Origin: Clostridia bacterium
GTDB taxonomy: Bacteria; Bacillota; Clostridia; Oscillospirales; CAG-272
Reading direction: 5' to 3'
DNA length: 64,000 nucleotides
Assembly: GCA_017454675.1 (NCBI GenBank)
Contig: JAFTCN010000058.1
Coordinates: 3,185 to 67,184, forward strand
Below, in pieces: positions 1-11,200 of this stretch. Position 1 is the first letter of the stretch. Each line of letters opens with the position of its first letter. Both the position numbers and the translations under genes were made by a program. The notes beneath the pieces were generated by a model that saw nothing but the letters and a program-made list of their open reading frames with translations, searched no databases and had not been told where the DNA came from.

Positions 1-1
1 G

Positions 2-118
2 CCTTTCGGGACGCGCGAGGAAGCCGTCTCCGCCGGGAGGCGCGCGGGAGAGCTCTTTCCGGGGGCTGTGACCTTCGTCTGCGGGGCTTCGCACAGCGGG
101 GTGGAGATCGCGGAGTAA
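2..118 (+). CDS. 3' end of an unidentified gene truncated by the window edge
   Basis: The open frame from the window edge reads ...ELFPGAVTFVCGASHSGVEIAE and ends at TAA 116-118. Its composition is protein-like, but it is too short to assign a family. Confidence 0.3.
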   Translation, partial: PFGTREEAVSAGRRAGELFPGAVTFVCGASHSGVEIAE

Positions 119-283
119 AGACGGCGGGATGAATACGGAAGACCGGCAGGCAGCTGCGGAAATTCACGCCGGATCAGATACAGCTGCGGCAGCACCGCCG
201 GGAAAGCAGCTGTCCGGCTGAAAAACCGCAACAAATCAGTAAAATAATAAATCAGAGAAATACGATCAACGGAGGACCAGACC

Positions 284-1516
284 ATGGCAGATACGGCGAA
301 AATGACCGGGACAGAGAGAATACTGTCAGCCGGCAGAAGCCTTCACGTGACTGAGAACGGCGTGTACTACGGCGCGGGAACGCCCGGGATGTTCGATGAA
401 TACGTCGATTTCATCAATTACGTGTTCGGATTCAACGGAAATTCGGACGATTTCAAGAAACTGCTGCCCAAACTCTACAGATATGAGCTCGACCCCGCGG
501 GCAACTCCTACGTGGCGGTTGAGAACGGGAAGATCCGGGCGGCCGTCGGGGCATTCGACCACGATATCGTCGTGTGCGGAAAGCTCCTTAAGACCCGCGG
601 CATCGGGAACGTCGCCGTGCATCCGTACGAGCGCTCGCGCGGCTTCATGAGGAAGCTGATGAACATGGCGGTGGACGGGATGGTCGCCGACGGTGTCGCA
701 CTCTCGGTGCTCGGAGGCAGGCGCCAGCGCTACAATTACTTCTCGTACGACAAGCTCGGGAGCGAGATCTCCATGAGCTTCAATCCGGACAACATCCGTC
801 ACACGTTCGGGCCTTCTTACAGCAGGAGATTCACTTTCCGCAGGATATCACGTGGCGATGAAGATCTGCTCCGCGACGTGCGGCGCGTGTCCGAGTCGCA
901 GCCGTTACACGCCGTGAGGAACGGAGCGAACTATTTCGACATCATAACGAGCTGGAGACAGACGGTATGGGCCGGCTTCGACGGAGACGTCTTCGCCGGA
1001 TACGCGGTCGAGAAGAACGGCAGCGTCAGCGAGCTGCTCCTCGACGCCTCCCGCAATGCGGAGGTCGCCGAGTTCGTACGCGACCTCTTCGACGCCACAG
1101 ACAGAGGCTCGCTCACGGTCAGACTCCCGGTCTGGCTCGACAGCTATATCGAAAAGCTGATCGGCATATGCGAACACTACTCGCTCGGCCCCTCGAAATC
1201 GTTCTCGGTGCTGGATTACGAAAAGGTCTGCGGTGCGTTCTTCGAACTCGAATCGACGTACAGAAGGATCGCAGACGGAAGGCTCACTCTCGCGATCGAC
1301 GGCAGAGGCGGAAAAGAAAAGATCACACTCGAGTCAGAAGGCGGTGTCCCCCGTGTCTTCGCGGCGGGCGAGACAGACGCCGATCTCGAACTGTCTCATC
1401 TCGAGGCGATGAACCTGCTCTTTGCGCCGTATTCCACCGCAAGGGCGAAGCTGCCCGCGAATATCGCGTCGTGGCTCCCGCTGCCCCTCTACCTCTTCTA
1501 TTCAGACGCGGTTTGA
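284..1516 (+). CDS. GNAT family N-acetyltransferase, Eis-like with a C-terminal SCP2-like region
   Basis: 410 aa. GNAT acetyl-CoA motif GNVAVHPYERSRGFMRKLM. The length and architecture resemble Eis-type enzymes. ATG is preceded by GGAGGA. Confidence 0.75.
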   Translation: MADTAKMTGTERILSAGRSLHVTENGVYYGAGTPGMFDEYVDFINYVFGFNGNSDDFKKLLPKLYRYELDPAGNSYVAVENGKIRAAVGAFDHDIVVCGKLLKTRGIGNVAVHPYERSRGFMRKLMNMAVDGMVADGVALSVLGGRRQRYNYFSYDKLGSEISMSFNPDNIRHTFGPSYSRRFTFRRISRGDEDLLRDVRRVSESQPLHAVRNGANYFDIITSWRQTVWAGFDGDVFAGYAVEKNGSVSELLLDASRNAEVAEFVRDLFDATDRGSLTVRLPVWLDSYIEKLIGICEHYSLGPSKSFSVLDYEKVCGAFFELESTYRRIADGRLTLAIDGRGGKEKITLESEGGVPRVFAAGETDADLELSHLEAMNLLFAPYSTARAKLPANIASWLPLPLYLFYSDAV

Positions 1517-1611
1517 ACTGCTTCGCGATAAACGGCGGCGATACCGCCGGAATTACCCCGGACGAACTGGGAGGCTGGTATTCGGGAGACAATGCCCGGC
1601 TGTTCCGGCTG

Positions 1612-2463
1612 ATGAGCATATTCCTGAACCTCGCGCCCGATTACATAGAGGCTGACATGATCGACGGGATAGCCGGCGATCCCGCGTCACGGAGCGAAAA
1701 AGACACAGTGTTCGCCTACGCGTCGGTCGCGGCCGCCGCGTGCGGCCTCGACGTCTGGGAAAACAGGGAGGACCGGCGCATCTTCGGCGAGCGCTTCCTG
1801 CCGATGTTCGCCCTCATGGATACCGCGCCATTCAAGGCGGACCCGTACTACCGGAACATCGCTTTTCCCGACGGGGAGGAAGGCGGCTGGAGGTTCGAGA
1901 CGCGAACCTGCCGGCCGTACGAGGCCTTCGTCAGGGGAGACCCCGAAGTCTCGCGAGGCAGAGACGGGAAGATCCTCGTCACTCCCCGGATCGGCTTTTT
2001 CACCGGGGAGTACAGATATCCGGCAGTAACAGAAAACGGCAGGGAGTGGATGACGCTCATGCCGAACGAGACGCTGACCAGCGCGTATGCCGTAGAGAGG
2101 TCGCGCGGACGGGTGCTGACTTTCGGCCTTGGCCTCGGGTATTTCACCTATATGGCCGCCCGCAAGCCCGAAGTGGAGTCGGTGACCGTCGTCGAGCGCG
2201 ATCCGTCGGTGATCGACCTCTTCCGCCGGCATATCCTGCCGCAGTTCCCGGACGCCGGCAAGGTGTCACTAGTCACAGGCGACGCCTTCGAATACGCGGA
2301 GAATGTCATGCCCGCGGGAGGGTTCGATACCGTCTTCTGCGACATCTGGCACGACCCGTCGGACGGGGTGCCGCTCTACCTCAGGATGAAGGAGATCGCC
2401 TCGCGGACTCCCGGACCCGAATACATATACTGGATCGAGGACACGCTCAGACTATATATCTGA
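1612..2463 (+). CDS. Spermidine synthase-like SAM-dependent methyltransferase fold protein
   Basis: SAM-binding motif VLTFGLGLGYFTYMAA and acidic loop VVERDP, followed by FDTVFCDIWHD. The start is uncertain: ATG 1612, or an in-frame TTG at 1513. The 5' part of track ORF 967-2463 overlaps the GNAT gene and is Arg-rich noise. Confidence 0.7.
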   Translation: MSIFLNLAPDYIEADMIDGIAGDPASRSEKDTVFAYASVAAAACGLDVWENREDRRIFGERFLPMFALMDTAPFKADPYYRNIAFPDGEEGGWRFETRTCRPYEAFVRGDPEVSRGRDGKILVTPRIGFFTGEYRYPAVTENGREWMTLMPNETLTSAYAVERSRGRVLTFGLGLGYFTYMAARKPEVESVTVVERDPSVIDLFRRHILPQFPDAGKVSLVTGDAFEYAENVMPAGGFDTVFCDIWHDPSDGVPLYLRMKEIASRTPGPEYIYWIEDTLRLYI

Positions 2464-2502
2464 GGAGTTCCGTCATCCGTTTTTTGGAAGGACAATATCA
2501 GC

Positions 2503-3267
2503 ATGATGCTTCAAATCAGAAACCTGCGCTATACCGTATCCGACATGCCTGACGGCAGACGCGGAGCCGCCGAGAAGGAGAGGGACATTCTCGACGGAAT
2601 CGATCTCGACATCGACGCCGGCACGCTCACCGTCCTCACCGGCCCCAACGGCGGAGGCAAGTCCACACTCGCGAAGGCCGTCATGGGCCTCGTCACGCCC
2701 GATTCGGGGAGCATCCTCTTCGAGGGGAGGGACATAATGCCACTCGGCGTTACCGAACGCGCGCGTCTCGGCATCTCCTACGGTTTCCAGCAGCCACCCC
2801 GGTTCAAGGGGATCAGAGTCCGCGACCTCATTGAGATCGCCTCGGGCCGCGACGACCTCTCTGCCGCCGACTGCTGCAGGTATCTCAACAAGGTCGGCCT
2901 CTGCGCCGGCGACTATATCGACCGAGAGGTCGACACCTCTCTTTCCGGAGGCGAGGTGAAGCGCATAGAGATCGCGACGGTCCTTGCGAGGGGCGCGAAG
3001 CTCATGATCTTCGACGAGCCCGAGGCGGGCATCGATCTGTGGTCGTTCGCGCGGCTCACCGATACATTCTCTGAACTGCACCGCAAATCCGACGCCGCGA
3101 TCGTCATCATCTCCCATCAGGAGCGGATCATGAACATCGCAGACAGCATAGCCGTCCTCGCCGGCGGCCGCATCGAAAAATACGGCAGGCGCGACGAGAT
3201 CTTCCCGTCGATCCTGTCCGGCTCCGGCAGCTATTGTGATTATCTGAAGGAGGAATGCGGAAAATGA
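2503..3267 (+). CDS. SufC-like ABC-type ATPase (Fe-S cluster assembly ATPase family)
   Basis: Walker A GPNGGGKST, ABC signature LSGGEVKR, Walker B LMIFDEPEAGIDL and H-loop ISHQ. There is no transmembrane domain. It overlaps the downstream SufB/D-like gene by 13 nt. Confidence 0.8.
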   Translation: MMLQIRNLRYTVSDMPDGRRGAAEKERDILDGIDLDIDAGTLTVLTGPNGGGKSTLAKAVMGLVTPDSGSILFEGRDIMPLGVTERARLGISYGFQQPPRFKGIRVRDLIEIASGRDDLSAADCCRYLNKVGLCAGDYIDREVDTSLSGGEVKRIEIATVLARGAKLMIFDEPEAGIDLWSFARLTDTFSELHRKSDAAIVIISHQERIMNIADSIAVLAGGRIEKYGRRDEIFPSILSGSGSYCDYLKEECGK

Positions 3268-4187
3268 GTCTGACGAGAACCGACCTGAAGCTGCTGCGCG
3301 AGATCGCGGAACTTGAAAAGACGCCCGAGGGCGCCTACAACATCAGGAAAAACGGCGAGCCCGCGGGCAGGGCGTCGACCGAGAACATCACGATATCGCC
3401 GAAGTCGGACAGGCCCGGCATCGACATCACCGTGAAGGACGGCACGAAGAACGAATCGGTCCACATACCCGTTATCCTCACCCGCACCGGCTACACCGAA
3501 TCGGTCTACAACGATTTTTATATCGGCGACGGCTGCGACGTCCTGATCGTCGCCGGCTGCGGGATACACAACGGCGGCTGCGGCACGACGCAGCACGACG
3601 GCATACACACCTTCCACATCGGAAAGAATTCGAGGGTGAGATACGTCGAGAAGCACTACGGCGAGGGAAAGGGGACCGGTGAGAAGATCATGAACCCGAA
3701 GACCGTAGCGTACGTCGGCGAAGGCTCGTTCCTTCAGATGGACACCTCGCAGATCGGAGGAGTCGACTCGACCGACCGCATGACTGAGATACACGTCGGG
3801 AAGGATGCCGAAGCCGTCGTTAACGAGAAGCTCATGACGCACGGCAGCCAGACAGCCGATTCGGGCATGGAGATAGACCTCGAGGGTGAGGGCTCGAGCG
3901 GCAGAGTGATCTCAAGATCGGTCGCGAAAGACTCATCGGTCCAGAAATTCTTCCCGAAGATGGTGGGAAAGGCCGCCTGTTTCGGCCACGTGCAGTGCGA
4001 TTCGATCATCATGAACGACGCAAAGATCAGTTCGATCCCGGCGATATCGGCCGAGAGCATCGACGCCGTGCTGATACACGAGGCAGCGATAGGCAAGATC
4101 GCCGGCGATCAGCTGCTCAAGCTCATGACGCTCGGCCTCGACGAAACGCAGGCGGAGGAGCGGATCCTCGAGGGATTCCTCAGTTGA
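3255..4187 (+). CDS. SufB/SufD family protein (short form)
   Basis: The C-terminal LIHEAAIGKIAGDQLLKLMTLGLDETQAEERILEGFL is typical of the SufB/SufD beta-helix family. It is translationally coupled to the SufC-like gene. Confidence 0.75.
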   Translation: MRKMSLTRTDLKLLREIAELEKTPEGAYNIRKNGEPAGRASTENITISPKSDRPGIDITVKDGTKNESVHIPVILTRTGYTESVYNDFYIGDGCDVLIVAGCGIHNGGCGTTQHDGIHTFHIGKNSRVRYVEKHYGEGKGTGEKIMNPKTVAYVGEGSFLQMDTSQIGGVDSTDRMTEIHVGKDAEAVVNEKLMTHGSQTADSGMEIDLEGEGSSGRVISRSVAKDSSVQKFFPKMVGKAACFGHVQCDSIIMNDAKISSIPAISAESIDAVLIHEAAIGKIAGDQLLKLMTLGLDETQAEERILEGFLS

Positions 4188-4355
4188 CGAAGCGAATAAA
4201 CTCTGTCCGGTGCCGGCATGTCCTTCGGTAAGGATGCGATAAGCAACGGAAAGAACCTCCGGCATGTGCCTGCAATGCCGACGGCGTGATGCGGCAGGCA
4301 GCGGAAAGATACTTCTGCCGGGGCCTGCAATGCCGCCGGTCGGGATGTGACAAGT

Positions 4356-4392
4356 AAAAAGCGGGATAGCCAAAAACTCTCCCGCTTTTTTG
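4356..4392. terminator. Bidirectional rho-independent terminator between convergent genes
   Basis: aaaaAGCGGGA-(13 nt loop)-TCCCGCTttttt, with an A-tract upstream and a T-tract downstream. It lies between the SufBD-like gene (+) and addA (-). Confidence 0.6.
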
Positions 4393-4483
4393 TGCGTTTC
4401 CGGCCCGCCGGAGCGCGTTTCCGGGACAGAACCCGGAAACAGCCCCCCGGCGCCTGACGTGCCGACCCGGCCGGAAATAATTA

Positions 4484-7400
4484 TCATTCCGGCAGTTCGA
4501 TGTCCACCGCCTCTCCGAGCTGGAGAGGGAAGACGCAGACTCTGTCCGGCATGCGGCCGAAGATGCGCCGGACGGCCTCCGCGTAGTAGAGCAGTTGCCT
4601 GCCGTGGCGTTCGCTCATGAGGGCGGCTGCCGCTCCCGCGTCGTATGCCGCGCGGCCCGGCAGACGGTCGGTCTTGTAGTCGCAGAGCGTGAGAGTGCCG
4701 TCGCCGCTCTCGAGCAGGATGTCGACGACCCCCTGTACGAGGATCTTTTCATCCTCCTCCGCGAGCCTGCGCTTCCTCTCCGAGTCTGTCGTAAAGTCCG
4801 CGGCGGGAAGCAGGACGTTGAACCTGAACTCCCGGTAAAGCTTCTTTGCCGCCTTCATCTCGGCAAAGAAGCGGCTGCGGAAGAATCTGTGAAGTTCGTC
4901 GCGGCGTATAAGGGAGGCCGTTCCGGCGTCGATGAAACCGAGGGAGGCGAGCCGTTCCGCCTCGGCGTCGGTCGAGGCTCCGCTGCCGTCGACTCTTTCC
5001 GGATCGAAGAACTGCAGGAAGAGGTGCGTGGCGGTGCCGCGTTCGGCTGCGTCGGGCACACCGCCGCCCGCGAAGCGCGGGACGCGCGGCTCGAGCTCCT
5101 CAGCCTGGAGTCCGGCGAGCAGTTCCGAGTCCTCGTAGTCGGACGATTCTGTCAGGGCGTCGGGGAACAGGCGGGACACCGAAAGCTTTGCCGGAATGCC
5201 GGCAAGGTCGGCATAAGGGTATTTATAGGCGAATTTCTCCCTCAGCCTGCGTGTGATCCCGGCCGTGTCAGGGGGCTCACGGGATACGTCGCCCGGCTCA
5301 CCGGCCGTGTCCCGGTCTCCCTCCGGGATCAAACTCCCGGCGGCCCGGCCGGGCCTGGCGCCTGCCGCGTTCCAGCTTTCCGGTCCGCCGTCTCCGGCCT
5401 CGGATTCAACGCCGGGAGGCGTGTCTCCGCCGACCGCGGCGACGAATGAATCTCCGGATCTGCCGCCCGTCGCGGCGATTATCCATTCGGCAAAGCATTT
5501 CGCGCCGAGCACCTTGCCCCTTCCGCCGGCTCTGCCGATCAGGCTGCCGGACGATATGAGGCTTTCGGTGTATCCCGTGCTGCCGGACGACGTGATATAG
5601 AGCCTGTCGCGGGCTCTCGTCATCGCGACATAGAGTATCCTTATCTCCTCCTCGATGCCAAGCTCGGATATTACCGCGGAAGCCGTCTTCCGCATGAGCG
5701 TATCCGACTGGCAGAGGCCGTACGGCCCCGACATCCTGGAGGATATCCCGAGACCGCGCTTCCGCGTCATGACGGCGGGCTGCTTCGAGTCGGTCCTGTT
5801 GAAGCCCGATGCGGCGTCGACGATAAACACGGCGGGGAATTCGAGACCCTTCGAGCCGTGCACCGTGAGGAGCCTCACGGCGCCGTCCTGCGTCTCCTTC
5901 TCCGGCTTTATCTTCGTGCCGCGCGAGATCAGCGTGTCGACATAGCGCACGAAATCGTGGAGCGTGCGGTAGCCTCCCGATTCGTACGAGAGGGCGAGCG
6001 AATAGAGCTGCCGCAGACTGCGGCGCCGCTCCTCCGGCCTCATACCGGCCGAGGATGACGAAAGACCGGCATAGGATATCGCGTCGGTCTCGCGCCAGAG
6101 AGACCTGACGAACTGGGAGAGGGGTAGCATCTCGGCCCTGCCCCTGTAGTCGGAGATCGCCGATACCGCCCGGGCGCACATCTCTCCCAGCTCTCTGTCT
6201 TCGCCTTCGGCCGCGTACCTCTGAACCGACGTCCACAGGTCGGACTTTCCGCACGCGCACCTCAGGCGCACGAGGTCGTCGAGCGAGAAGCCGAAGAGAG
6301 GCGAGCGCAGCGCCGCGGCGAGCTGGACGTCGCGGGACGGGTTGTCGGCGGCCGCGAGGAGCGAGAAGAAGAGAAGTACCTCAGGGGTGGCAAAGAGGTC
6401 TTCGCCCGAGCAGTTGCGCACCGGTATGCCGGCCGACGAGAGGGCTGTCTCAAAGCGCCTCAGCGCCCCGCCCGTCCTCGATATGACGGCTATGTCGCCC
6501 GGAAGGAAGTGCCGCCCGCCGGGCAGCCTTTCCTCTGTCAGCAGCTTTTTTATCTCGGATACCACATACCCGCACTCCGCCGCTTCGGAGAGCGCTCTCG
6601 TCTTCACGCCGTCCTCCGGTACCGGGTCGGGGAAGAAGATCCTGACCCTCCCGTCGCCCTCCGGCTGACCGTCCGGATACTGTCTTTTAAAGATCAGAGC
6701 GTCCTCCGGGCGGTATCCGATCCCGGCTCCCGTGCCGCCGTCCTCGGCGGCGGAGAAGAGGAATCCGCATACCCGGTTTGTGAATTCGATGATCTCCCGC
6801 GAGCAGCGGAAGTTCTCCGACATATAGATCGAGGCGGGACCTGTCCCTGCCCCTGCGAGAGGCGGGAATTCGCCGCGGTAGGCCGAGAAGACCCGGGGGT
6901 CGGCTCCCCTGAACGAGTAGATGCTCTGCTTTATGTCTCCGACGATGAACAGGTTGCTTCCGTTCCCGATCAGCCTGAATATGCGGTCCTGGACCGAGTC
7001 GGTATCCTGGTATTCGTCGACGAAAATGTGTGTGTATTTCTCCCTTTCGGCGAGCGCGACGCCGCTCGGCGAGCCGTCCTCTTTCTCGAGCAGCTTCAGT
7101 GCGAGGGCCGACAGGTCGGAGAAGTCGAGCGACATCCCCGCCGCCTTCTTTTCCTTCAGCGCGGCCGAATATGCCTCCGCCGTTTTCTGCGCGATCCTGC
7201 AGAATGAGGCGCAGGCGCGAAGCTGAGTCGATACTTCCTCCTGCGTCGGCCCGCAGAGCTCCGCGCAGCCCTTTATCAGGTCCTTGACTCTGCCGCGCCC
7301 TTTTGCGACGGCCTCCGATACGGGCGTCTTGTCGTCCGTCCTGACCGTCGCGAGCTTCGCCGGAGCGTACCCCGACACAAATTTGCGGAATTCCGAATAG

Positions 7401-8203
7401 CTGCCTGAAGCGAGACGCTCCAGGGCTTCGCGCGCGAAGCTCATGTCTGACATAAGAGCGGGTATGTAGCGCGACGCCGCCGCGTCATCCGCGGCGTCTT
7501 CGATCAGAGCAGACGCCGTTCCCGCGGCGTCTCTCAGCTTCGATGACAGGATGCCGGCCAGCGCCGTGCCGTATCTCGACGCCGGGTCGAAGAAGTCCGC
7601 TTCCGCCTCGCGCCCGTACAGCTCGGCGCAGCGGCCGGCGTAAACGTCACCATCGGGCGTGCGGGAGAGAAATCCGTCGAACCTTGTGATCCAGGAAGGC
7701 AGGTCGTTTTCTCCGCGGATGCCGGTGAGCGTCTCGGCGAAGAGCGCGAATCCGGGCTCTGTCGCGAACAGGCGCTCGGCGGTGTCGGCGGCGACCTCAA
7801 GGCGCATGTTCTCGGTCTCGCCCTCGTCTGCCATCCGGACCGACGACGGAAGACCGAGACGGTAGAAATTGGTCCTTATGAGGTCGAGATAATATGAATC
7901 GATGGTGCAGATGTGCGCCCCGCCGGCCTTGGCCAGCTGCGACGCGAGGCGGGTGTTGCCCCGGTCGGCGTCAAGGGCGCGCGAAAGAGCCGCACAGATC
8001 CGCTCGCGGAGCTCGGCGGCAGCTGCCCGCGTGAAGGTCACGACGAGCATCTTCGATATGTCTGCCGGATCGTCGTTGTCGGTGAGAAGCGAGATGATCC
8101 TTGCGGTAAGAGTCGCCGTCTTGCCCGAACCGGCCGCCGCCGAGACCATGAGACTGCGTCCGCGCGTCTCTACGGCCTGTTTCTGTGAATTCGTGAATTC
8201 CAT
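4484..8203 (-). CDS. addA: ATP-dependent helicase/nuclease subunit A (AddA/RexA)
   Basis: 1239 aa. UvrD-like N-terminus with Walker A AAAGSGKT, FVDEYQDT, and a C-terminal PD-(D/E)XK nuclease region (ILVQGVVDIL...CDYKTD). It lies immediately downstream of addB. Confidence 0.9.
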   Translation of the reverse strand: MEFTNSQKQAVETRGRSLMVSAAAGSGKTATLTARIISLLTDNDDPADISKMLVVTFTRAAAAELRERICAALSRALDADRGNTRLASQLAKAGGAHICTIDSYYLDLIRTNFYRLGLPSSVRMADEGETENMRLEVAADTAERLFATEPGFALFAETLTGIRGENDLPSWITRFDGFLSRTPDGDVYAGRCAELYGREAEADFFDPASRYGTALAGILSSKLRDAAGTASALIEDAADDAAASRYIPALMSDMSFAREALERLASGSYSEFRKFVSGYAPAKLATVRTDDKTPVSEAVAKGRGRVKDLIKGCAELCGPTQEEVSTQLRACASFCRIAQKTAEAYSAALKEKKAAGMSLDFSDLSALALKLLEKEDGSPSGVALAEREKYTHIFVDEYQDTDSVQDRIFRLIGNGSNLFIVGDIKQSIYSFRGADPRVFSAYRGEFPPLAGAGTGPASIYMSENFRCSREIIEFTNRVCGFLFSAAEDGGTGAGIGYRPEDALIFKRQYPDGQPEGDGRVRIFFPDPVPEDGVKTRALSEAAECGYVVSEIKKLLTEERLPGGRHFLPGDIAVISRTGGALRRFETALSSAGIPVRNCSGEDLFATPEVLLFFSLLAAADNPSRDVQLAAALRSPLFGFSLDDLVRLRCACGKSDLWTSVQRYAAEGEDRELGEMCARAVSAISDYRGRAEMLPLSQFVRSLWRETDAISYAGLSSSSAGMRPEERRRSLRQLYSLALSYESGGYRTLHDFVRYVDTLISRGTKIKPEKETQDGAVRLLTVHGSKGLEFPAVFIVDAASGFNRTDSKQPAVMTRKRGLGISSRMSGPYGLCQSDTLMRKTASAVISELGIEEEIRILYVAMTRARDRLYITSSGSTGYTESLISSGSLIGRAGGRGKVLGAKCFAEWIIAATGGRSGDSFVAAVGGDTPPGVESEAGDGGPESWNAAGARPGRAAGSLIPEGDRDTAGEPGDVSREPPDTAGITRRLREKFAYKYPYADLAGIPAKLSVSRLFPDALTESSDYEDSELLAGLQAEELEPRVPRFAGGGVPDAAERGTATHLFLQFFDPERVDGSGASTDAEAERLASLGFIDAGTASLIRRDELHRFFRSRFFAEMKAAKKLYREFRFNVLLPAADFTTDSERKRRLAEEDEKILVQGVVDILLESGDGTLTLCDYKTDRLPGRAAYDAGAAAALMSERHGRQLLYYAEAVRRIFGRMPDRVCVFPLQLGEAVDIELPE

Positions 8204-8225
8204 CTGTCGTCTCCGCTGAACGTCT

Positions 8226-11200
8226 TCAGACGCTGCCGGAAGCCGTGCCGGCTCCGGCCTCTGTCACTGTATCTGTCCCGGCCGCGGCCTCTCCGCCTCC
8301 CGGGGCACCGCTCCGCCTGCATACCGGGACGAATGGGCAGTTTTTGCAGCTGTCGGGAGAGGCGGGCCGTGCGGCAGTCATGCCCTTGCGCATCGATACC
8401 GCGGCGGACCTGAGGTTTTCTGCGGCTCCCGAGAAGATACCGTGCAGCTCATCTTCGCTCGCGGCCGAGAAATCGGCGGCATTCCCGGCTGTCTTTTTCT
8501 TTTTCCGTGTTCCGCCGTCCTCCTGACTGTCCGACCCGGCTTCCGGGGCGCCGCCTTCAATATAGCGCCCCAGGCGCTTTATCCCGCCGGCGACGAGCCT
8601 CTCCGCCTCGCCGGCGTCAGATGTCGCCGATTCGGGCTTCTCCGGTACGCAGAAGAGATAGTAGAATGACGAAGGGACCGCAGGCATGCCGAAAAAGCGC
8701 TCCGAGACGCGCGGCGACGCAGTGAGAGACATAAGATACAGCGGAAGCTGCATCGTTTTTGGGTCGGTGTACGTCGATCCCGACGGGAACTTCCTGCCCG
8801 TCTTGTAGTCGACGACTCTCACATACGCTTTCCCGTCCTTTTCCATCACGTCGACCCTGTCGGCCTTGCCTATGAGCGACGCCCTGCCTCCGTCCGGGAG
8901 GTCGAACACGGTGGCGGGGAAACCTCCCCCTCCTATCTTCAGCTCGAAGAAGCGGGGGACGAAATCCGAGGCCGAAAGTTCATCCGCCATGCGAGACGTC
9001 ACGGCATCGGATAGCACGTCCAGCCTGCCTGTCACATGTTTTACAGAGGCGGAGAGCGATTCTCTCCCGCCGGGAGCGATGCCGTTCTTCACGCGTTCGG
9101 AGATCTCCGCGAGCAGAGCTGCCTTCTCGTCCCCCTCGGGAAAGACTCCGCCGCGCGAGAGATATATCTCGCGCAGGTAGTGTTCGAGTATCGAGTGCAT
9201 GTAGTTCCCGACCGAATCGAAAGAAAAATACGCCCTCTGCCCGCAGACCCTGTCGAGCTTCAGCAGCCTTCCGCAGGCGAATTTGAAGGGGCAGTCGTAG
9301 TATTCGGCGAGCGCCGATTCGCTGAGATACATCTGGTTCCCGAAGACGGCAGCGGCCGTGGCGGGCGATATGTCCTCGAGCGAGCTGTCCCTGTCGCGTC
9401 CGGTCATGCACGATGCGTCGCTCAGCGCCGCGGCGACGGCGGACCCGAGCGGAGTGCCGGTGAGCAGCGGAAGATATCCCATGGCCGTGCGCTCCGACGT
9501 GAATCTGCCGGTTATGTCGTCCGCGAAGCACTCACTCACCCGGAGCCCGGGGAGGACGGCGAGGAGCCGCTCGACCGCCGTCGATATGGCGCCCGTGCGC
9601 GTCACGACGATCAGCCTTTCCGACGCCGACGCTGCGGCGCGGCTGAAGTAGTAGAGCTCGTCCGACGCGTCAGACTCGGGATCCGACGAAAGAGGCAGTC
9701 CGCACTCCGACATGAGCTCCCTGTCGGGGTCGGAGAACAGCCCGCGCGACGGCGGGGCGGCGGGGAACGAGCCCTCGGCGACGCCGAGCAGCATAACGCA
9801 GCGGGGGCGGTCCGCCCTGAAGACGTCGGCGGGAGCCAGAGTCACCGCGTCGGCGGTGGCGGGGATGCTGCCGACCCTCTTCGCGTCGAGCATGAGAGAG
9901 AGCGCGGAGGTGAATTCGGGGAGAGAAGGGGCGGGAGAGCCGACGTAGCAGTCGCACAGCTCCTCAAGGCAGGAGACGAGTCCGTCGGTGAAGCCCGCGA
10001 GCTTCACGGCTTCGTCGCGCCTGCCGGCCTCAAGCGCAGATGCCGCCCGTGAGCGCATATTATCGGAGACTCCGAGAGAACCGAGGAAACGGTACAGAGA
10101 GAGGCAGATCTCCCCGCAGCTCCCGGACGCCGAGAGCTCCTCCGAGAGTTTCTCAAGCATATCGCATAGCGACTTCCTGACTTCGTTTATCCTGCGCAGC
10201 CGGTCTTCGTCGGCGGGCGAGAGGTCGCCTGAGTATCCGTCCGGATGCATCTGCCAGTCGCCGCGGGTGAACGCCTTTCCGCTTATGTTCCATTTTTCGG
10301 TGTAGCTTTCGAAAATGTCGAGGTCAGGCCCGGATATCCCCGAAAGCCCGGTGTGAAGGAAGGCTGACACGTCCTCGCGCCTCCAGCCGCCGGTCAGTAT
10401 CTTCAGCACCGACAGAAGGAGCCTCGCCGGCGCGGTGTGCGACAGCGTGTGCTTGCCCGAAGACCAGAAGGGAATGCCGGCGTCCTCGAAAGCGGTGTCG
10501 AGTATCCCCTTGTACCGGTCGGGGTCGCGCACGCATATGACGATGTCGCGGCAGCGCATGCCGGCGCGGATCAGCTTTCCCGCCTCAGCGGCGGCGTATT
10601 CCGCCTCCTCGAAGATGTCGGAAGCCGCGGCGACAGTCACCGAACCGTCGCGGGGACCCTCTTCGGGAAGCGCCGTCCACAGCCTTCCGGCCGCCGCGAG
10701 GTCGGCATAGCGCGTGCGCTTCTGTTCGCCCGCGAGGACCGTCTCTGTACGGATCCCGGTCGCGGCGGCGTCGCGGCGGAGCCTCGACGACATACGCCTT
10801 CTCGATATTCCGTCGATCCCGGGGTCGGAGTCGGGACTCTCGAGCGGAACCGCGACGGTGGTCGATGCCGCCTGCGACATTATTTCGGCCACCGCCTCGT
10901 GCTGGACGCCGGTGAGTCCCGAGAATGAATCGATGTACACGTTCGCGCCGGCGAAGAATCTCTCTGACTTCAGTACTTCGACGAGTCTCTCCATTCTGCC
11001 CGACGGATCGGCCACGCCGCCAAGCAGTTCCCGGTAGGCGGATGCGCACGCGGATATGTCGGAGAGCCTCGACGAGAGCGAGGCGTCGGGTATGGAGGTC
11101 GCGGCGGCGTCGATGCCGCCGGGTGTGATCCCGCATGCGGCGAGCTCGTCGACCGCCGACAGCATGCCCGCCGCGAAGGACGGGTCGTTCATCGCCGCGC

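Noticed and set aside
967-1611. 5' portion of the 498 aa track ORF 967-2463
   Set aside because: It overlaps the GNAT gene out of frame and is an Arg-rich run (RRRRLRRIRGREERQRQR...). Only the part downstream of about 1513-1612 looks like a real methyltransferase-fold protein.
4200-4350. Short direct repeat cctgcaatgccg (about 4269 and about 4325) between the SufBD-like gene and addA as a possible small RNA or mobile-element scar
   Set aside because: Only about 12 nt are shared. I saw no flanking inverted repeats, promoter or structure. It is most simply non-coding spacer upstream of the bidirectional terminator.
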